NCBI GenBank assembly: GCA_039798785.1
Contig: JBDKFG010000094.1
Span: 1-13,978, forward strand
Length of the DNA stretch: 13,978 nt
Reading direction: 5' to 3'
Source: Verrucomicrobiota bacterium
Lineage (GTDB): Bacteria > Verrucomicrobiota > Lentisphaeria > Lentisphaerales > Lentisphaeraceae
This document shows positions 7,811 through 13,978 of the stretch, in pieces (positions within the stretch are counted from its first letter, which is position 1; the number at the start of each line of letters is the position of its first letter). The position numbers were made by a program, and so were the translations under genes. The notes beneath the pieces were generated by a model. It was not told where the DNA came from. It ran no database searches and saw nothing but the letters and a program-made list of their open reading frames with translations.

Positions 7811-8431
7811 ATGAAAAAACTCCTCGCTAGCAGCCTCCTCGTCACCGCCCTGTGCAGCTGGGTCGCTGTCGAAGCCGAAAAAACCGCCGAAGCCAAAGCT
7901 GAAGAGGTCAAGACCCCGGTCCGCATGGAGGCTCTCAACGCCCGCTACGACATGAAGAACGGCATCGCCACCTTCATCGACGCGGTCAAGGTCGACGACG
8001 GCACCATCCGCCTCGACTGCGAGAAGATGACCGCCTTCTTCGTCACCGACAAGAATGCGGAAGTCAAGATCGACGCCAAGGGTCTGACTTCGACTCCGAA
8101 GGCCGACTCCTCCAGCATCCCGCCGCCGAAAAAAGTCTCTTCGTTGATGGATGAAAGCGGCAACAAGATGGAGCGCATCCTCTGCGAGAAGAACGTCGTC
8201 ATCCGCAAGGGCGACCAGGTCGCCACCGCCCAGCGCGCCGAATATTTCTGCGCCGAAGGCAAGATCGTCCTCACCGGCAACCCGGTGCTGAAGGAGAAAA
8301 AAGGCGTGATCCGCTCCGACCGGATCACTTTCTACCGCGATTCGGAAGTGGTCGAATTCGACCGCATCCAGGCCGACGGCGAAAACCTCGGCAAAAGCAC
8401 CGACGCCAAGAGCTTGTCGCCCAGCCCCTGA
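7811..8431 (+). CDS. lptA: LptA/OstA-family periplasmic LPS transport protein
   Basis: Signal peptide. Motifs IATFIDAVKV…LDCEKMTAFF…NVVIRKGDQVATAQRAEY…KIVLTGNPVL…SDRITFY. Lies between kdsA and lptB. Confidence 0.85.
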   Translation: MKKLLASSLLVTALCSWVAVEAEKTAEAKAEEVKTPVRMEALNARYDMKNGIATFIDAVKVDDGTIRLDCEKMTAFFVTDKNAEVKIDAKGLTSTPKADSSSIPPPKKVSSLMDESGNKMERILCEKNVVIRKGDQVATAQRAEYFCAEGKIVLTGNPVLKEKKGVIRSDRITFYRDSEVVEFDRIQADGENLGKSTDAKSLSPSP

Positions 8432-8438
8432 AGCACTT

Positions 8439-8540
8439 GTTTAAAAAGTTTAAATCGTTTAAGAAGTTTAATCCGGCGAGGAATCTCGCTCTTAGAATTT
8501 CCTGAACTCCTTAAGCTCTTCAAGTTCCTTAACCCCTTAA
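8439..8540. repeat. AT-rich 9-bp-period arrays flanking a short hairpin
   Basis: GTTTAAnnn x4 (8439-8474), then GGCGAG-GAAT-CTCGCT (8475-8490), then CCTGAACTC/CTTAAGCTC/TTCAAGTTC/CTTAACCCC (8501-8536). Confidence 0.8.
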
Positions 8541-8553
8541 TCTACGAGCTCCC

Positions 8554-9276
8554 ATGCCCCTACTGAAGACCGAAGAGATCCGCAAAAGCTACAAAGGCCG
8601 GACCGTCGCCGACGGGGTTTCGATCCAGGTCGACGCCGGCAAGATTGTCGGGCTTCTCGGTCCCAACGGTGCCGGCAAGACCACGACCTTCTACATGGTT
8701 GTCGGCCTGGTCGAGGCCGATGCCGGCAAGGTGCTTTTTGACGGCCAGGACGTCACCTCGCTGCCGATGTATAAGCGGGCCCGTCTCGGCATGGGTTATC
8801 TCGCCCAGGAGCCCTCGATCTTCCGCCGCCTGACGGTGGAGGAGAATCTCCTGGCGATTCTCGAGACCCTCGATCTCAGCGGCGCGGAGCGGAAGATGCG
8901 AGCGCGCGACCTGCTCGACGAACTCGGACTCGGCCATGTCGCCAAGCAGCAGGCGATCACCCTTTCCGGCGGCGAACGGCGCCGTCTCGAAATCGCCCGC
9001 GCCCTGGTCACCTCGCCGCGCTTCTTGATGCTCGACGAACCCTTCGCCGCGATCGACCCGAAAGCGGTCCAGGACGTTCAGGACATCATCCGCCGTCTGC
9101 GCGACCGCGGCATCGCCATCCTGATCACCGACCACAGCGTCCGCGAGACCCTCGCGGTGGTCGACCACGCCTACATCATGAATGCCGGCAAGATCCTCTG
9201 CGAGGGCAGTCGCGACTTCCTGATCAACGACCAGAAGGCCCGCGACATCTACCTCGGCCCGGCCTTTGAAATCTGA
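8554..9276 (+). CDS. lptB: LPS export ABC transporter ATP-binding protein
   Basis: Walker A GPNGAGKTTTFYM, YLAQEPSIFR, signature LSGGERRRLEIARAL, Walker B LDEPFA, ITDH and C-terminal IYLG. Confidence 0.97.
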   Translation: MPLLKTEEIRKSYKGRTVADGVSIQVDAGKIVGLLGPNGAGKTTTFYMVVGLVEADAGKVLFDGQDVTSLPMYKRARLGMGYLAQEPSIFRRLTVEENLLAILETLDLSGAERKMRARDLLDELGLGHVAKQQAITLSGGERRRLEIARALVTSPRFLMLDEPFAAIDPKAVQDVQDIIRRLRDRGIAILITDHSVRETLAVVDHAYIMNAGKILCEGSRDFLINDQKARDIYLGPAFEI

Positions 9277-9289
9277 GGCTATTCCTCTC

Positions 9290-9419
9290 AGAGTCACGAG
9301 TTCTGCATTTTGAGCTCAAGTTTGTAGCTCCGGCTTCAGACGGCCCGTTCTACTGTCCCCGGCTTTTGAGCTCAACAACCGGATGAAGCCGGGGCTACAA
9401 ACCTAGAACTCTTGACTCT
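9290..9419. repeat. Inverted GTAG-REP-like pair (REPIN-like) inside an outer inverted repeat
   Basis: 9320-9338 GTTTGTAGCTCCGGCTTCA matches the reverse complement of 9384-9402 (GTTTGTAGCCCCGGCTTCA) at 18/19. The outer arms 9290-9304 and 9405-9419 match at 14/15. Confidence 0.8.
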
Positions 9420-9454
9420 CGAGATTCCTGAGGGATTGAAAATTGGGCCTTGCG

Positions 9455-9621
9455 CACGCGAATCCAAGATAATCTGTTTTGACCTTCGCTCCTGCTGCTC
9501 GACCCTGGGCTGCCATGTGCGACCCGCAAGGAGTCGAGCGACAGAATTCGGCAGAATCCAGACCGGAAGCCTTTTTGCAGGGGTTCCCTGCATGACTCGT
9601 GAGGCATCTTGGATACGCGTG
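9455..9621. mobile_element. Putative MITE, 167 bp, with 16-bp terminal inverted repeats and a 10-bp target-site duplication
   Basis: TIR CACGCGAATCCAAGAT (9455-9470) matches the reverse complement of 9606-9621 (CACGCGTATCCAAGAT) at 15/16. GGGCCTTGCG abuts both ends exactly (9445-9454 and 9622-9631). No transposase inside. Confidence 0.82.
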
Positions 9622-9643
9622 GGGCCTTGCGCTGAAATTCGGT

Positions 9644-9688
9644 TGCAGGAGCTGAGCTGCTTGACAAGGAGGGAGGCGGCCTCCTGCA
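9644..9688. terminator. Possible stem-loop downstream of cheR, between convergent operons
   Basis: TGCAGGAG (9644-9651) pairs with CTCCTGCA (9681-9688). No convincing U-tract. Confidence 0.25.
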
Positions 9689-9755
9689 TTTCACTTTGGT
9701 CCTGGCGGTTAGCCGGGCGCTTCGGATGCTTTCCTCTGCTCCTCGCTCCCGCCAG

Positions 9756-10577
9756 TCAGTCCTTGCGGCGGTGGAAGCGCACGCCCTGCCATTCTTCCGA
9801 GGTGAAGCGGTTGCTGTAGCCGAGTGTGCTTTCGGTGGCGGAGAGCAACAGCATTCCGCCGGGGGCGAGGGACTCGGCGAGGCGGTCGTAGAGGACGCGG
9901 CGGTCGGCGTCGGAGAAGTAGATGGCGACGTTGCGGCAGAGGATCAGGTCGCGCGGCGCCACCTGCGGCACGAAGTTCTCCATCAAATTGATCTGCCTCC
10001 AGCTCAGCGGCTGGCGGAACTTGCGGCGCACCGACCAGCGTTTCTCGGGGGTGTGCTCGAAATAGCGGGCGAGATGCTCGGGGGGGACGCCGCGGCGGAC
10101 CTCGAAGTCCGAATAGATCCCGGCCTCGGCGAAGCGCAGGGCCGGCTCCGAGATGTCGCTGGCGAGGAAGTCGCAGCCCATCACCTCGGGGTAGTGTTCA
10201 TGCAGGATGAAGGAGAGCGAATAGGGTTCCTGCCCGGTCGAGGCGGCGGCGCACCAGAGGCGCAAGGGGCGTCCGCCGCGTCGCGACAGGAACTCCGCCA
10301 GGAAGTGCTTCTCGATCATCTGGAAGGGAGTGCCGTCGCGGAAGAAGCTGGTCTCGTGAGTGGTCATGGCGTCGATCACCTCGTCGCGGCAGACGCGGTC
10401 GCGGCGGCTGCGGGCGAGAAGCTCGAGATAGCCGGGGCAGTCGTAGCGCAGCAGCAGCGGCGCCAGGCGGGTCTCGAAGAGGTAGGCCTTGCTGGCGTCG
10501 AGGACGACACCGCTGAGCTGGTGGATGTAGCCGCTCCAGGCCTGCTGCTCCTCGGGCTTGATCGGAAGGGTGGCCAT
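9756..10577 (-). CDS. cheR: Chemotaxis protein-glutamate O-methyltransferase
   Basis: C-terminal part of ORF 9756..11438, with motifs MTTHETSFFRD, LWCAAASTGQEPYSL, ASDIS and DLILCRNVAIYF. The ATG at 10577 is 2 bp after the cheB stop and has a GAGGTGG RBS. Confidence 0.93.
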   Translation of the reverse strand: MATLPIKPEEQQAWSGYIHQLSGVVLDASKAYLFETRLAPLLLRYDCPGYLELLARSRRDRVCRDEVIDAMTTHETSFFRDGTPFQMIEKHFLAEFLSRRGGRPLRLWCAAASTGQEPYSLSFILHEHYPEVMGCDFLASDISEPALRFAEAGIYSDFEVRRGVPPEHLARYFEHTPEKRWSVRRKFRQPLSWRQINLMENFVPQVAPRDLILCRNVAIYFSDADRRVLYDRLAESLAPGGMLLLSATESTLGYSNRFTSEEWQGVRFHRRKD

Positions 10578-10579
10578 CT

Positions 10580-11659
10580 TCAACCACCTCTGCGGCTGGA
10601 TTTCACCGCCGCAAGAATGGCCGGGGCGAGGGAGGCGAGGGGCAGGACCGCGTCGGGAACGCCGAGACGCACCGCTTCGCCGGGCATGCCATAGACGATC
10701 GAAGTGGCCTGATCCTGGGCGAAGACCAGGCATTTGTGCTGATCTTTCAGCTGCTTCAGGCCGAAGGCACCGTCGGCGCCCATCCCGGTCATGATCACTC
10801 CCAGCACCGAGGGCCCGAAAGAGCGGCCCAGGGAACGGAAGGTGAAGTCGGCGGCGGGTCGGCAATGGTTCTCCGGCGGATCGTCGCTGAGACGCACCGA
10901 AGGAAGCCCCTCGACGCTGCGGATCACCGCGAGCTGGCGTCCGCCTGGGGCGATGTAGGCCCGGCCAGGGAGCAGCAGCTGGCCCTCCGCAGCCACCGCG
11001 ACGCCGATCTTGCAGTTGCGGGCGAGGGAATGGGCCAGGTCTTCGGTGAAGCCCGCCGGAATGTGCTGCACGATGAGGATCGGCACCGGCAGGTTTTCCG
11101 GCATCGCCGGCAGCAGGGTCTGGAGGGCCTGGGGCCCGCCGGTGGAGATGGCGACGGCGATGATCGACACCGGAGCCGGAGCTGGACGCAGGCTGCCGAG
11201 TGCGGGGACGACGTTTTCGCTGCTGCCGGTGTGCCCGAAGGCGCTGGCGGCGAGGCGGAAGGCGGACTGGTCCTTGGGGACGGCGGAGCCGCTGGTCTTC
11301 TTGCGCATCATCGCGGCGACCAGGGAGGTGGTGAGGGCATTGCGCAAGGCTTCCGGACTGCGGGAGGTGACGCCGTGGGCGCCGGCGGCGGCGAGGCTCT
11401 GGCGTTGCGAGATCGGCGCCAGGGCGATGAGGAAGCACTCGGGCCAGGCCTGGGCCGCGGACTGGAGCAGGGCTTCCGCCGGCTGGTCGAAGACGAGCAT
11501 GTCCGGAGGGGCTTGGCGGGCGATCGCGCCCGCCTGCAGAGAAGGCAGGCGTTCCAGCGGCGCCATCCCTCTCAGAGAGGCGGCGACCTGCTGCGCCGCC
11601 GCGGCCAGATCGCTGTCGGCGGTGACGAGAAGGAGGCGGAAAGGGGACTCGGAGCTCAT
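10580..11659 (-). CDS. cheB: Chemotaxis protein-glutamate methylesterase with a degenerate receiver-like N-terminus
   Basis: Catalytic motifs AISTGGPQAL (Ser), VQHIP (His) and MTGMGADGA (Asp), plus AQDQATSIVYGMP. Start at ATG 11659 assumed; TTG at 11740 is possible. Confidence 0.9.
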   Translation of the reverse strand: MSSESPFRLLLVTADSDLAAAAQQVAASLRGMAPLERLPSLQAGAIARQAPPDMLVFDQPAEALLQSAAQAWPECFLIALAPISQRQSLAAAGAHGVTSRSPEALRNALTTSLVAAMMRKKTSGSAVPKDQSAFRLAASAFGHTGSSENVVPALGSLRPAPAPVSIIAVAISTGGPQALQTLLPAMPENLPVPILIVQHIPAGFTEDLAHSLARNCKIGVAVAAEGQLLLPGRAYIAPGGRQLAVIRSVEGLPSVRLSDDPPENHCRPAADFTFRSLGRSFGPSVLGVIMTGMGADGAFGLKQLKDQHKCLVFAQDQATSIVYGMPGEAVRLGVPDAVLPLASLAPAILAAVKSSRRGG

Positions 11660-11796
11660 TTCGGGCACCGCAGTCGAGGGGGTGAACGCTTGAATGCTCG
11701 GAAGGCGGGGCGGCAGTCTGCGAGTGCTCTCAGGCGCCAAGGTGGCGGCCGAGGATTGCCGGAGCCGATGAAGAGCTTGCTGGTGATGGAGTTCAT
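11656..11796 (-). pseudogene. 46-codon ORF (MNSITSKLFIGSG…), a possible gene remnant or small protein
   Basis: Strong RBS AAGGAAAAACC-ATG at 11796. The frame is open to a TGA that overlaps the cheB ATG (ATGA). It is below the ORF-track size cut-off. Confidence 0.35.
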
Positions 11797-11831
11797 GGTT
11801 TTTCCTTCCGGATTTTCAACCTGGCACGAGT

Positions 11832-12254
11832 TCATGAGTGATCTGCCAGGACGGCTTGCACGTCGAGTTCGCAGGCGAGGCCGCCTCCAGGCTCGTGAAC
11901 CAGGCCGGCGAGGCAGCGGCGCAGCGCCGCCGGAAGATGGCTGGGCGCCGGAAGCAGCGACTCTTGGAGCTCGTGGATGTCGAGGATCTCGTCGACCGCC
12001 AGCCCGACCGGAATGCCGTGGTCCCGCACCACCAGGACGTGGCGAGGCGCCTCCTCGGGCAGGGCCAGCACCTGCGCCAGGTGAAAGACCGTGATGATCT
12101 CGCCGCGCAGATTGAAGAGCCCCAGGACCCCCGGCGGCGAACGGGGCAGGGGGCAGATGCCTTCCGCGGAGCGCAGCAATTCCCTGACGCCGCCGCAGGG
12201 AAGGGCGCAGAGGGTTCCGCCGCAGCGGAAGAAGACGGCATGTTGGTGGTTCAT
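11832..12254 (-). CDS. cheW: Chemotaxis coupling protein
   Basis: Motifs ICPLPRSPPGVLGLFNLRGEIITVFHLAQVL and VGLAVDEILDI. ATGA overlap with the cheA stop. Confidence 0.92.
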   Translation of the reverse strand: MNHQHAVFFRCGGTLCALPCGGVRELLRSAEGICPLPRSPPGVLGLFNLRGEIITVFHLAQVLALPEEAPRHVLVVRDHGIPVGLAVDEILDIHELQESLLPAPSHLPAALRRCLAGLVHEPGGGLACELDVQAVLADHS

Positions 12255-13978
12255 CGGGGGGTCTGAGAGTTAGGAGTTGCGAGTTCTTGTGACCACTCGG
12301 GGAAGCTGTGCAGGACGAAGGAGTCAGGATCGATCACCTGCAGCAGGCGGCCTTCGTGATAAAAAGACCCGCGGATGCCGGGGCGCCGGTGCAGGGTCGC
12401 GTCAAGCTCGGCTGAGCTGCTGATGTTGTCGACGATTTCGTGCGCCAGGAAGGCGAGGTCGTGACGGGGGTGGGACAGCACGACGGCGCAGACCCGGGAG
12501 GGGCTGGTGGCGGAGGTGCGCAGGCCGGGGATGTCGGTCGCGGTGAAACCGGGCAGAGGCTTTCCCTCGAGCTTGAGGCAGAGCCGGCCCGCCGCGATCT
12601 GGAGCTCGTCCCGGTCGACGCGGAGCAGGCAGCGCACCCGGTCCATCGGCAGGGCCAGGTCTTCTTCAGGATGGCAGCGCAGCAGAAGATAAGAGGCCCC
12701 CTCAGTCTCCGCCGCCGCGGCGGACGTATGGGCGCTCGCGCCGCTGAGCTCGAGACCGGCGTCGCGGGCGATGCCGGCGATGTCGAGGATCGGCGCCAGA
12801 CGGCCGTCGCCCAGCACGGTGACGCCGGCATAGACTGGCAGTCGCTTGAGATGGCGGTCGAGGGATTTGACGACGATCTCGGCGGAATCGAGAACCTTGT
12901 CGACCTGGAGGGCGTAAGGCAGCCCTTCCGCCTTGACCACGGCGATCAGCATCACCTCGGCCTCTTGCGGGGTCTGCCGCAGGGCCGCCGCCAGCGGCAG
13001 GAGCGGCAGCAGCCCCTCCTCGAGTTCGACGAGACGGGCGGAGGAGATCGGGCAGACGAGGTGGCGCGCGTCGTCGGCGCCGAGGCGGACGAGACGGACG
13101 AGCTGGCTTTGAGGGATGGCGAAGATGCCGTCTCCGGACTGCACCAGCAGGCCCGGCATGATCGCCAAGGTGAGAGGCAGGCGCATGCAGATCGTCGTGC
13201 CCTTGCCGGTCTCGGAATTCACCGTCACCGCGCCTTTCAGGGCTTTGAGGGTGCTGAGGACCACGTCCATGCCGACGCCCCGGCCGGAGACGTCGGTGAG
13301 CTTCTCGGCGGTGGAGAAGCCGGGTTTGAAGATGAAGCCGAGGATCTCCTGCTTGCTCATGGCGGCGAGCTCGTCGCGGCTGGCAAGGCCCTTCTCGAGG
13401 GCTTTCGCGGCGATCTTCTCAGGATCGATGCCGCGGCCGTCGTCGCGCACTTCGATCACCACGTGGCCGGCCTCCTGGCGGGCGCTGAGGACGATGCGGC
13501 CGGTGTCTGCCTTGCCGCGGCGCAGTCGCTCCTCCGGCGGTTCGAGGCCGTGGTCGAGGGAGTTGCGCAGGATGTGGGTGAGGGGATCGCCGATGCTCTC
13601 GACGACGCTCTTGTCGACTTCGACGCCGCCGCCTTCGACCACCAGCTCGACCTTCTTGCCGAGGTTGTGGCTGATGTCGCGCACCACCCGCTGGAACTTG
13701 CTGAAGACGCTGCCGACCGGCTGCATCCTCGTCAACATCACCGCCTCCTGCATCTGGCTGGTGACCGCGTCGATCTGCTGGCTGACATGGCGGAGAATCT
13801 CGCCGCCCCCATCGCTGATCTGCATCAGCTGGTTGCGAGCCAGCACCAGCTCGCCGGCAAGGGCCATCAAGGTGTCTAGCGACTTGATGTTGACCCGGAT
13901 GCTCTCGCTTTTCATTTCGCTCGCCGGATTTGCGGCGGGCGCGGGGGGATTTGCGGCGGGCGCGGGGGGATTTGCGGC
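12251..13978 (-). CDS. cheA: Chemotaxis histidine kinase, partial: linker, P3 dimerisation, P4 HATPase and two P5/CheW domains. The HPt domain lies beyond the window.
   Basis: Motifs SIRVNIKSLDTLMALAGELVLARNQL, HILRNSLDHGLE, DDGRGID, IFKPGFST, SGRGVGMDVV and LPLTLAI. The frame stays open from 13915 to the window edge (…AANPPAPAANPASEMK). Confidence 0.95.
   Translation of the reverse strand, partial: AANPPAPAANPPAPAANPASEMKSESIRVNIKSLDTLMALAGELVLARNQLMQISDGGGEILRHVSQQIDAVTSQMQEAVMLTRMQPVGSVFSKFQRVVRDISHNLGKKVELVVEGGGVEVDKSVVESIGDPLTHILRNSLDHGLEPPEERLRRGKADTGRIVLSARQEAGHVVIEVRDDGRGIDPEKIAAKALEKGLASRDELAAMSKQEILGFIFKPGFSTAEKLTDVSGRGVGMDVVLSTLKALKGAVTVNSETGKGTTICMRLPLTLAIMPGLLVQSGDGIFAIPQSQLVRLVRLGADDARHLVCPISSARLVELEEGLLPLLPLAAALRQTPQEAEVMLIAVVKAEGLPYALQVDKVLDSAEIVVKSLDRHLKRLPVYAGVTVLGDGRLAPILDIAGIARDAGLELSGASAHTSAAAAETEGASYLLLRCHPEEDLALPMDRVRCLLRVDRDELQIAAGRLCLKLEGKPLPGFTATDIPGLRTSATSPSRVCAVVLSHPRHDLAFLAHEIVDNISSSAELDATLHRRPGIRGSFYHEGRLLQVIDPDSFVLHSFPEWSQELATPNSQTPR
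13926..13978. repeat. 21-bp coding tandem repeat (GGATTTGCGGCGGGCGCGGGG), at least 2.5 copies, encoding AANPPAP in the CheA linker
   Basis: Exact copies start at 13926, 13947 and 13968; the last is truncated by the window edge. Confidence 0.95.

Noticed and set aside
9455..9621. 6S RNA or retron msr-msd interpretation of the closed ~170-nt structure
   Set aside because: The size and terminal stem fit either, and GAAGCC/GGCATCTTGG loosely recall 6S RNA. However, the interior is asymmetric, no reverse transcriptase is nearby, and the exact abutting 10-bp direct repeats are better explained by transposition. Not fully excluded without an Rfam search.
9661..9666. Perfect TTGACA -35 hexamer
   Set aside because: No recognisable -10 box 16-18 bp downstream, and it would point antisense into cheR.
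9372..9819. ORFs 9372..9689, 9395..9694 and 9412..9819 as genes or transposase fragments
   Set aside because: No recognisable motifs and atypical composition. They run across REP and MITE boundaries.
9756..11438. 560-aa ORF as a long CheR fusion
   Set aside because: The N-terminal ~290 aa is Arg/Pro-rich off-frame translation overlapping cheB. CheR homology and an RBS begin at 10577.

Overview
GC-rich bacterial chromosomal window; the gene content suggests a PVC-type (Lentisphaerae/Verrucomicrobia/Planctomycetes-like) organism, which is an inference. From left to right it holds the 3' end of an unknown + strand gene, a small hypothetical gene and a prenyltransferase/squalene-cyclase-repeat protein (both -). 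A - strand run follows: secreted esterase, eboA-like, eboB (TatD family) and an LptC-LptA-like two-domain protein. Divergent from it is the LPS core/transport operon kdsB-kdsA-lptA-lptB (+). Converging from the right is the end of a chemotaxis operon, cheA (partial)-cheW-cheB-cheR (-). The intergenic spaces are unusually rich in small repeat elements: a 167-bp MITE-like element with 16-bp terminal inverted repeats and an exact 10-bp flanking duplication, an inverted GTAG-REP-like pair, a perfect (AGTTAAG)x10 array that supplies the kdsB stop codon, degenerate GAGTT heptamers at other gene ends, and two 9-bp-period arrays. The most notable points are the MITE, the LptC-LptA fusion apparently co-transcribed with an isolated eboA-eboB pair beside an lptC-less lpt operon, and a CheB with a degenerate receiver domain preceded by a possible chemoreceptor remnant.
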